Source of the DNA: Macrostomum lignano | Taxonomy: Eukaryota | NCBI GenBank assembly: GCA_002269645.1 | Contig: NIVC01001165.1 | Span: 282,261 to 346,260 of the forward strand | DNA length: 64,000 nt | Reading direction: 5' to 3' | Part shown: positions 12,501 through 24,500 of the stretch, piece after piece | Layout of the letters: every line of letters starts with the position of its first letter | Numbering within the stretch: position 1 is the stretch's first letter | Made by a program: the position numbers and the translations under genes | The notes under the pieces: generated by a model | Told to the model about the DNA's origin: nothing | What the model saw: only the letters and a program-made list of their open reading frames with translations | The model's database searches: none

Positions 12501-15500
12501 GGCGGTGAGCAGATTAGCAGCGGAGTGGCCGAGGTCACCTCCTCCAGTACGGATTTGGCCAAGTCGCCGGCCAGGATTTGGCAGCTCTGGGGGAGAAAAT
12601 TAGGGATAAATATGAAAGATGGGACTCTGAGGCGACTCAAGTGACTCTGGGGCGACTCAAGTGACTCTGGGCGACTCAAGTGACTCTGGGGCGACTCAAG
12701 TGACTCATAGGCGACTCAAGTGACTCATAGGCGACTCAAAACTCTGAGGCGACTCAAGTGATCATATGCGACTTAACCAACTCTGTCTAACGACTAAGGA
12801 ATGGTCTAACGACTCTGAGGCGACTATCGGATAGTTCTATAACGATTGAGGCGTGATAGCGTCGCATTAGTCAGTGCATGTGGCTGTCTCAGCGTACTGC
12901 AGAGCGCACTGGGGTCAGTGATACGCAGAGCAGCATAGAAAAAGTCAGCCCAGCTTCCTTTAAGCTTTATCTGCCACAGCTAGGGAACGCCTCAGACAGC
13001 CAATTTAACAATGCAGGCTGACTGGGAGCTGTCTGTGGACTGTATGGAATCTCATTCAATACACTAGCTACTCACACTACTGCAGCTCAGTAGTATCTTA
13101 GTCTGTGACCCAAATGAGTGAGGGGCGACTCAGATGACTCCGGGGCGACTGAGTGTCAGTCGGATTGTTTTATAACGATTGAGGCGTGATAGCTTCGCAT
13201 TAGAGCCAGTCAGTGAGAGACGACTCTCGCAACTGCGCGTGAGCTTTAGTCAATTCTCTATTATACCAGTGTCGTAGACTTAAGTCAAACAAAAGTATTG
13301 CTACATGGTGGAGTGTCAATCAATGAAAACGCTATAATCCAGCGTAATCCAAACCTGCAGAAAGTCCTCGGACAGCAGAGCGGCAACGAAGTGATGTGCG
13401 GCAGCCAGCAGCCGATCTGGCCGGAAGGCCTGCACAAGCAGCAGGCTGTAGATGGCTTGGCCGCGCTCCTCCTCGGCAGCAGACGGAGCCTGCCAGAGTT
13501 TCGGCACGGAGATCTCCGGGCTGACCTGGTTAACCCAGGCTGAGAATTTGTCATTCTTAGCCACCAGACCGGGCAGGTTCTTGAAGCAGGCCAGCTCGGC
13601 CAGTTTGTTAGCCGCCTTGGCGGTGTCCAGCTCCTGGGCGCCGGTGACAATCTGGGACCGGAGGAAGTGCTGGAACTCGGCATCGAACGGAGTGCTGCTA
13701 GAGCGCAGGTAGATACGGGCGAGCAGCACCGCCAGGGAGATTTGGTCCTGGTTGTGCGAGAGAGGAAGAAAAACCATGTTTGCTCTTTACTACTTATCAT
13801 GACGTGGTGATTAATATATAAATCGTTTCCAGCGAAAGGGGAAGGAGTTATGCCAATTGAGCTGATAGCTGAACACGGTATGCTCTGCTAATAATACTGC
13901 TGTTACTGCTGCTACTATTGTACTACCACTACTACTACTACTACTACTGATAATGCTAAAACTACTACTACTACTACTGAAACTGCTAAAACTACTACTA
14001 CTACTACTGATAATGCTAAAACTACTACTACTACTACTGAAACTGCTAAAACTACTACTACTACTACTGATACTGCTAAAACTACTACTACTACTACTAC
14101 TGATACTGCTAAAACTACTACTACTACTACTGATACTACTAAAACTACTACTACTACTACTGATACTGCTAAAACTACTACTACTACTACTACTGATACT
14201 GCTAAAACTACTACTACTACTACTGATACTACTAAAACTACTACTACTACTACTGATACTGCTAAAACTACTACTACTACTACTACTGATACTGCTAAAA
14301 CTACTACTACTACTGATACTGCTAAAACTACTACTACTACTACTACTGATACTGCTAAAACTACTACTACTACTACTGATACTACTAAAACTACTACTAC
14401 TACTACTGATACTGCTAAAACTACTACTACTACTACTACTGATACTGCTAAAACTACTACTACTACTACTGATACTACTAAAACTACTACTACTACTACT
14501 GATACTGCTAAAACTACTACTACTACTACTACTGATACTGCTAAAACTACTACTACTACTGATACTACTAAAACTACTACTACTACTACTGATACTGCTA
14601 AAACTACTACTACTACTACTACTAATACTGCTAAAACTACTACTACTACTGATACTACTAAAACTACTACTACTACTACTGATACTACTAAAACTACTAC
14701 TACTACTACTGATACTACTAAAACTACTACTACTACTACTGATACTGCTAAAACTACTACTACTACTACTAATACTGCTAAAACTACTACTGATAATGCT
14801 AAAACTACTACTACTACTACTACTACGAGCTACTACTAGCTCACCTGCTGCAGCATGCCGCGGCCAACCCGGGTGAAGGTGACGCGGAACAGCGCACCGG
14901 TGATGACCTCCAGTCGTTTGGAAGGCTCCGTTAGGCCAGACAGGTCCTGCGTGTGCAGAGCGGCGTTAAACATTGACAGGAAGAACTGCAGAGAGTAGTG
15001 GTACAGCGAGTGCAGCTGGCTGAGTCCTTCCAGAGTGAAGAAGATAGCTGAGCAGCTCTGGGCCAGGGGCTGGTATTGCCGGCTGACGTTCTCCACCTCC
15101 TCCATCACCTGTGAAATTCAAAAAATGTTGTGAGTATAATTATAGAAAAGAACTTATTAAAGGCACTAACTCTGTTGCTGTAGCACCAATAGCCTCCCAG
15201 ATCCTCATTTCTGGGCCAGCCTCCCAGATCCTCAGTTGCTAGGCCACCAGCCTCTCAGATCCTTAGTTGCTGGGCCAGCCTCCCACATCCTTAGTTTCTG
15301 GGACAGCCTCCCAGATTCTCAGTTGCTGGGCCACCAGCCTCTCAGATCCCCAGTTGCTGGGCCACCAGCCTCTCAGATCCCCAGTTGCTGGGGCACCAGC
15401 CTCTCAGATCCCCAGTTGCTGGGCCACCAGCCCCTCAGATCCCCAGTTGCTGGGCCAGCCTCTCAGATCCCCAGTTGCTGGGCTCGAAATGCCGGTTGGC

Positions 15501-18500
15501 CTCACCTGGTCGGCCTCAGCAGCCTTAGCTGACACCTCGGCAGCCTCCTTCTTAAGCGTCTCCAGCTGGGTGATGATGGCATCATCGTTAAGAATGTTGC
15601 CCTGGGCGGCGCTGAGCGCCCTGAGCAGCTCCTGCTCGAGCTGGCGCAGCCTAGCCTGGAACTCGCCCTGCATGCGCAGCAGGTCGCCCCGTTTCTTGTC
15701 AACATCTGGCCGCTCAGCCTGCAGCACGGCATTGAGGCACTGGTTCTGCAGCGAGCTGCGCGTCACTGTGAAATTGACGAACGTGACGCGAGAGCACAGG
15801 TCCGGCGAGAAGTCCACGGACGGATCGCGGGTTGATAGGAAAATAGTGAAGGTTGGCGACAGGTCGATGTCCTGCGAAATTGGGTCGATTCATTGATTTA
15901 GACAGCTGCAGAAATATTTAGAAATGAAATTTTAAATACTCGCCTGGGTCAAGTTGGTTTAAGTAGATGGGTCAAGGGGGTCAAAGCTGATAGGTCAAGG
16001 ATGTCAAAGCCGGTGGATCAAGGTAGTCGAAGCTGATAGGTCAAGGAGGTCAAAGTCGGTGGGTCAAGGTAGTCAAACCTGATAGGTCAAGGAGGTCAAA
16101 GTCGGTGGGTCAAGGTAGTCAAACCTGATAGGTCAAGGAGGTCAAAGTCGGTGGGTCAAGGTAGTCAAAGTTGATAGGTCAAGGAGGTCAAAGTCGGTGG
16201 GTCAAGCTAGTCAAAGCTGATAGGTCAGGGAGGTCAAGGTAGTCACATTGGTCAGCGAGTCCTGGTGGATAGTGTACATGACCCGAGCATCATACCTGGT
16301 CTCCAAGCGTCATGAGGGTGCGGCCGCCGGTACGCCGGACCTCCCTATTGAGCACAGGATTGAGTATGGGATCGTAGCTCTCCACATCCTGCACAAGCAG
16401 AGGTGTGCCGAAACGCAGAGCGGATTCCAGTGTCTTGCGGAACGAATCATCAAGGAAGCTGGTCCGGGTGATCTTCTTGCCCTTGTACTCGTTGGTGATG
16501 AACTCGGTGGCCTGGCCAGACGGGTCAACGATGAGCGGGTAGCGGTTGAATCGCTTCAGAATGATTGCGTTCTCTGTGCACAGGTCGTCGGAAGGCAGAG
16601 CGTTTGACGTCCAGCGAAGCCGTTCGTCTGGGTTGGACAGGTACTGCGCAATGGGAGCGGTTGGGTTAATGAAATGAGTATTTTAAATTATACATACATC
16701 AACAGAGTTTTGAAACCATGAAGGTTTTCAGAGTTTCTAATAAAGATTTTGACCGCATTTTATTGGCATCTGTTGAGCCAACAATTGGTCCACTACTTTA
16801 TGGCATCATTTGGAGTTCGGCGAACTTGAACTGAAACTAATTAAAGAAAATTTGCTCCGTCTATGGGGATCTGGGATAAGCTGCCTAGTCTATGGGGATC
16901 TGGGATCTGGGAGAAGCTTCCCAGTCTATGGGGATCTGGGATCTGGGAGAATCTGCTCAGTCCATTGAAATCTAGGATCTGGGAGAAGCTGCCCAGTCTA
17001 TGGGGATCTGGGATCTGGGAGAATCTGCTCAGTCCATTGAAATCTAGGATCTGGGAGAAGCTGCCCAGTCTATGGGGATCTGGGATCTGGGAGAAGCTGC
17101 CCAGTCTATGGGGATCTGGGATCTGGGAGAAGCTGCCCAGTCTATGAGGATCTAGGATCTGGGAGAAGCTGCTGTCTATGGGGATCTGGGATCTGGGAGA
17201 AGCTGCCCAGTCTATGAGGATCTAGGATCTGGGAGAAGCTGCCCAGTCTATGAGGATCTAGGATCTGGGAGAAGCTGTCCAGTCTATGGAGATCTGGGAT
17301 CTGGGAGAAGCTGCAGATCTGGGAATTGGGAAGAATGTAAGTTGCTGAGGAGAATCAATAACAAGGTGCTCACCTCAACCCTAGCCAGGTCGCTCCTGTA
17401 CTTGATATTAGCCTGCTGCAGATGATGCGACCAAGTGGTGAACAGAGTAGTTCTCATGTGCTGATCAAAGTAGCCAGCATAGGCCATGAAAGCTGAGCTG
17501 ATCAGGCAGTCGCCAACAATAGTCTCCATCTGAGCTTTGAAAGCATCTGAGCCACTCTCCCAGCGTTTCTTCTCGTTGCTAAGCGAGGACAGCAGCGCAA
17601 CGGACCGGCTGACCTTGGCTTCAACCGAGGCCAGATCGGATTTGATAGCCTGAGCCTGGCTAATCAGAGCCGCGTATTCCTCTTTGTACTTGGCGATGCT
17701 TTTCTCCAGGCGGCTGATCTCGGCTTGGCATTCCTCAGCATTCCGCCTGTTGGATCCGGCCTCAACCTCCAGGGCTTTGAGCTCGGCACGGAGCGGCTCA
17801 ACCTTCTGCAGCATCTCGGCGTAGCTGATCTGGGCGATGGCCCACTTCACCATGGGGCCGCAGGCTATGCTGGCCCGGTTGACTTTCTCGAAGTTGTAGT
17901 CGGGATTGGACAGGTACTTCTTCTTCATGGTCTCGCGGATGGAGTCGCTGCATTTTGTAATTAAATTTTGCAGTTTTTTTGCTAAAGCGATTTGTCTTTC
18001 ATAACTTGAGAAAATGTGAAAGCAAAAGCATGTTGATCCTTGATCACCAATATAAAGATGGAGGTAATTAATTAAGCGAACCAGCTTAATCATAAAGACA
18101 ATGCCAGGTGTAGGAAAGATTTATATGCGATCGTACTACTGATTGGAATACTACTGATTGATATTGCGAATTTGGCGGCTAGCAAAGATTTTTTTCTTTA
18201 CGAAATTATAAATAAATTTATAGCCTAATCAACTTATACTACTTTTAGTAGCTTAGTACTGCTTGAGATGCAAAAATCCAGCTGAATACAATTACGAGAT
18301 AACTGTCGAGAATACCAGTATCTTGAACGCAAACATACTACTTAACAAGTTAAGTAGTTTTCAGATTTTTTATAAATCTTTCGAATCTTTACAGTGGTTT
18401 TTGAAATCGTAAAAATCGAAGTGCGTCACTTATTGACCCATAATAAATAGAATAAGGAAACTCGGCCACCTGTTTAACTATATAGAGGAGTTCGCTCTCT

Positions 18501-21500
18501 GATTGAACTTACGGCATCTCCAGTGTCTTATAATTAACAATACTTGGCACAAAGGTGTCTTTAACAATTACACCTTGAATCTGCTTCCAATCTGAGGACT
18601 TCTCTCCCAACAGTAGGCAGATGGATTCCACGGCCATTTTCACCGCCGTCGGCGGGTTCTTCATCGCTTTGATCTCCTGAATATCCTTCCGCTTGATGCC
18701 CTCAACGGCTGGTTAGCGGCGGATTTAAGGAAAGTATGGGGAGGGAGGGGCGAATCGGATTAGCAAAGCAACGAATTGAGCCGCTGACTCACCTGAGATC
18801 TTCAGTCTGATAATTGAGCAGCTGAGATATGAAATTGTCTCGCATTAGAATGGTTCGGATGGACTTCCAGTCTTGAGTAGGCTCGCCTAGCATGGTGCAC
18901 ACGGACTCCAGGGCCAGCTTCACTAGCGGTGGCGGGTTTGGCAGGCTGCGGACTTCCACCAGCTGCTGGCGGGTCACCGCGTTCACAGCTAGATAGCAGC
19001 GAAAGTAGTGCATAGCGGATGGGGAAGTTGCGGTAATGCCAGTGGTATGCATGGAGCTTGGCAGCGGTCGGTTCAGCCATCGAGTTTTATAATTATAAAA
19101 TTAAATTAAGTGAGCCAGAATACCAAGACTTCAGTAGTATGGTGAGTAAAATCCAACACCTGTTTCTAGTTGTACACTACAGATTCTAATTACATCCCAC
19201 ATCCCCAAACAGCACATACTAAATCCCAAACCGCACATCCCACATCCCAAACCGCATATCCCAAATCCCAAACTGCACATCCCACATCCCAAACCCCAAA
19301 GCGCACATCCCAAATCCAAAACCGCACACTCTAAATCCCAAATCGCTCATCCCAAATCCAAAACCGCACATCCCACACCCCAAACTGCACATCCCACGTC
19401 CCAAACCGCTCATCCCAAATCCAAAACCACACATCCCAAATCCAAAACCGCACATCCCACATCCCAACCCCATATTTCAAATTCCAAACAACACATCCTC
19501 AATCCTAAACCGCACATCCCAAGTCCTGAACCGCACATCCCACATCCCGAACCACACATCCCACATTCCGAACTAGAGATCTCATAATCATAACTGATAT
19601 GAAACAGTCGAATATTTGAGCAAGCAAAAACGAAAACAAAGCAACTCACCCTGCTTGGCCTCTGACACGGCTGGCTCCACCTGACTAAGCTCGGCCGTGA
19701 CCTCCTTGGTCTTCTCAGCGATGAAGATCTCTTTCTCGGCCAGACTCTTCTGCAGCATCTCGCCCTTCTTCTTGCTCTCCTCGGCCACCTGTTGATCATG
19801 CACCATCTGCTTCAGCTTCTGGTTGGCCTGCTCGTTCATTCGCTCCAGTTCGCTGCGCTTCTGACTGAGGGACGACTGCATCACCTCCACCTGTTCCACT
19901 GTCTCGCGTATTTTAGTCAAACCCTTGTTCAGATGCAGCTGCTGCTCTTCAAGGTCGGCCCGCTTCTCATTGGTCAGCTTCACGTAGTGATGAATGAAGT
20001 CCAAAAAGTGCCGCGGCGTGATGGCTGCCACTCTGCCGCCGCGCTTGGCAACCCGCTGGTTGGCCTGGTGCAGGGTCTGGTGCACGAACACGAAGGCGTT
20101 GTTGACCATCTCTCGGTGGTTGGGCCGCGATGGGAGGCCTTCCAGGGCCATCGGCGGGTAGTCCGGCACAGAGTAGTCCGCTTTGTCCAGGTCCACCCTC
20201 TCGGTAAACTCCTTGCCAACCTGTGCGAGGGTCAGCGATACGCATTGCGTGATTTATGAATAAAGGGTCACTAGAGCGAGATGCCCCTGGACTAGGGATC
20301 TGGTAACTGAAATAGGGATCTGGTCACACTGAAATGGGCATCTGGTCACTGAAATGGGGACCTGGTCACTGAAATATACGAATTCGGTCACTGAAATAGG
20401 AATCCGGTCACTGTAATAGAGGAATCTGGTCACTGAAATAGGAATCCGGTCACTGTAATAGAGGAATCCGGTCACTGTAATAGAGGAATCCGGTCACTGT
20501 AATAGAGGAATCTGGTCACTGAAATAGAGGAATCTGGTCATTGAAATATATGAATCTGGTCACTGAAATAGAGGAATCTGGTCACTGAAATAGAGGAATC
20601 TGGTCACTGAAATAGAGGAATCTGGTCATTGAAATATATGAATTTGGTCACTAAAATATAGGAATATGGTAACTAACATATAGGAATCTGGTCAATGAAA
20701 TAGAGGAATCTGGTCAATGAAATATACGAATCTGGTCACTGAAATAGAGGAATCTGGTCATTGAAATATATGAATTTGGTCACTAAAATATAGGAATATG
20801 GTAACTAACATATAGGAATCTGGTCAATGAAATAGAGGAATCTGGTCAATGAAATATACGAATCTGGTCACTGAAATATACGAATCTGGTCACTGAAATA
20901 TACGAATCTGGTCACTGAAATATAGGAATCTGGTCATTGAAATAGAGGAATCTGGTCATTGAAATATAGGAATCTGGTCACTGAAATATAGGAATCTGGT
21001 CTGGTCACTGAAATAGAGGAATCTGGTCATTGAAATATAGGAATTTGGTCACTAAAATATAGGAATCTGGTCACTGAAATATAGGAATCTGGTCACTAAA
21101 ATATAGGAATCTGGTCACTGAAATGGGGATCTGGTCACTGAAATGGGGATCTGGTCACTGAAATAGGGATCTGGTCACTGAAATGGGGATCTGGTCACTG
21201 AAATAGGGATCTTGTCACTGACAGGGATCTGATCACTGAAACGATAACCTAGGATCACTGTAATTGGTATTTTGGTACAGAAGTGATGGACAAGACAAAA
21301 TCAATTACCTGGAAGTAGGCCTCAAGCGACCAGTCGCCAAACCAGTTGAGCACACACCGATTGAACAGAGCAGGAGACGTGGACGCCCTGTCCTTCAGGC
21401 CGTCAGAGCTGGGATTCATAGTGAACACAACGTGCAGATTGCGGCAAATCTGCTGAGTGAACCAGCGGTACAGCTCCTCGTGCGAGTCCAGCATCAGGCC

Positions 21501-24500
21501 GTCGCGGGCGGCGCCCTCTTTGCACTGAGTCATGAGCGTCTGGAACTCGTCACCTTCGAACAGACCGGGCACCTCGCCATTGGCCAGCAAGGTGTTCATC
21601 CGCTCCAAGAAGCTGCTGTCCTTCACATTGGACTCGTCCATGATGAAGGTGACTTTCTCGCCTTTGCAGCCGGTACGGCGCAGCACTGAGCGCAGATCTT
21701 CGTCGAAATCTTCGCCGGTGTATTTGTTGTGCACTTTCACCTGGGGATTGACAGGTGAAGTATTTTATAGGATTATCATCACTATAGTAATTCCTCTCGT
21801 TAATTAGCACCATAGCCCATAGGGAATCCCCTTAGTATAAGCAATATAGTAATTCCCCCATCCATCAGCACTATATAGTAATTCCCTGATCCATCAGCAC
21901 TATATAGTAATTCCCTGATCCATCAGCACTATATCGTAATTCCTCGATCCATCAGCACTATATAGTAATTCCCTGATCCATCAGCACTATATAGTAATTC
22001 CCTGATCCATCAGCACTATATAGTAATTCCCCCATCCATCAGCACTATATAGTAATTCCCTGATCCATCAGCACTATATAGTAATTCCCTGATCCATCAG
22101 CACTATATAGTAATTCCCTGATCCATCAGCACTATATAGTAATTCCCTGATCCATCAGCACTATATAGTAATTCCCTGATCCATCAGCACTATATAGTAA
22201 TTCCCTGATCCATCAGCACTATATAGTAATTCCCTGATCCATCAGCACTATATAGTAATTTCCTGATCCATCAGCACTATATAGTAATTCCCTGATCCAT
22301 CAGCACTATATAGTAATTCCCTGATCCATCAGCACTATATAGTAATTCCCTGATCCATCAGCACTATATAGTAATTCCCTGATCCATCAGCACTATATAG
22401 TAATTCCCCGATCCATCAGCACTATATAGTAATTCTCCAATTCATCAACACTAGAGAAATTCCCTCACAGCAGTGAGCAGACCTCTCACCTGGAACACGG
22501 ACAGCCCGTTAATCCAGCTGACAAAGCGGGACAGGGTGGTCTTGCCAGCACCGCTAACTCCAATCAGCAGCAGGTGACCCTGCGGCTGGCGGAACACCCG
22601 GTCAATGCGCAGCACGTGCTCAAGCACCTGGTTGAACAGCACCAGCGGCACGTCGAGCTCCTCCTCGTAGAAGACCTTCAGTCTGGCGCGGACATAGTCG
22701 CGCAGAGGCTCCCGTTCAACGGGTCCGTACTCTTTGGTGAGCCAATTGCTGAATAGGATTGGACGGCGGAGGGCCTCTTGCTTGTTGATGCCCGGGAAGT
22801 GCTTGTCGGCCACCTGGGGGGAGGTGAAAAGGTGACAGTATTTACATTCGAAATTCTGGCCATTGATGCAAATATTTAGGGCAACTTAAAGTGCATATCA
22901 CGTGACCATCTAGAGTGCCTATCACGTGACTATCTAAAGTGCCTATCTCGTGACTATTTAAAGTAACTGTCACGTGACTATCTAAAGTGCCTATCTCGTG
23001 ACCATTTAAAGTAACTGTCACGTGACTATCCAAAAGTGACCTTATCACGTGACCATCTAAAGTGATTCTATCATGTGACTATCCAAAGCAACTATCACAT
23101 AACAATCACGAATCAAAAGCGACCAAGATAATGTGACAACATACTCTAAAATAACTAGACTGCCATCACCTAAACGCATTGTTTCACAGACTTAATCATG
23201 CTCCAACCGCAAACGCACCTGGTCAATAGTGTCATCAGTCCATTTCCTTTCGCCATCTTCCACCAGACGATCTTGGAACAGTCGCAATGCCTCGTGCGCC
23301 CAGATTCTAACCAGGCCTTCAATTGGTAGCGAGTCCACCTGAGTCAGGGCCTCGTGAATGCCGCGCACCCAGCGAGTCATCTCGCGCGGACTGTACACAT
23401 AGTGCGGCTGCTGGTCCACTGTGAATCGCTCCTGCGACATCAGGAAGAAGTCAACCATGGCGTTGGTGATGGGATCGGCGTAGGGGCGCAGCGGAGGCAG
23501 CTGGCGCAGCATGGCCCGGTTGAACGAGCCGTAGATCTGAGTCAGCGAGGTGCGTCCGGGATAGTCAACGTAGACTAGCGGCACGTGGCGCATGAACCGA
23601 GCTGACAGCGGCTTGCGGCCCGGATCGGTTGGCGGGTTGCAGGCGCCGACAAACTGCACCCGTTCGAGCGTCACCCACTGCAGATCGCCGGGAGTGCACC
23701 GATGAAAGCCGCCGTGCTCAACCATCTGGCGGATGAAAGAAATGACGCGTTGAGTACCGTAGGAGTCCTCGTCTGGCAGGTTGATCTCGTCGCAGAAGAA
23801 CACGAGCCATTTGTTGAGCTGCTGCGGAGCCAGCACCAAACCGTTGGGCGTCTTCTTGTACTCGCAGTACTGATCGAACGATTTCAACAGCAGCTCTGGC
23901 GTGGTAGCGCTGGAGAAGTTCAGACCGACAACTTCCATGTCGGGCAGAGAGCGCAGAGCGGCGAACAGGGTCATGGTCTTGCCGGAGCCGGGCGGGCCGC
24001 ACAGCAACACAGGCCGGTGCTCGGCCAGCCAGCCGCTCAGCAGGCACTCGTGTCTAACAGTGTCCAGAGTCGGTATGACCACATCAGTAGCAGTGATCTT
24101 GTGCGATTCAACCTCCATCTGCGGCACCTTGTTACCCCAAGGCGCCCATTCGCCCTGGATGGTGACCTCATAGTCGATGATTGGCGAGTTGCCGGGCGGC
24201 AGCGGGATGGTGCTCACTCCGCGAATGAATTCGCCAAGCTGTTCGCGGATTTTCAGCTTGCCATCGCCGGACATGGCCCACAGCACTGACACAACGATAG
24301 TCTTGCTGGCGTACAGCTCGATCTGCTCGTCAGACATGGGGAAGTCCGGATGCGAGGCATTGTAAGCGATGACATTCCTGGCGCTCTGGTTGAGCATGGA
24401 GAACAGAGAGGACAGGGCGCGCATCCGGCTGAAGTCCATAATGTGGTCCAGCTTGGCGGCCTCGTCAAGGCAGCGAATCACGATGCCGTCCGACTGCAGC

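Noticed and set aside
13953-14876. 307-aa poly-Leu ORF
   Set aside because: Translation of a (CTA)n satellite inside a dynein intron.
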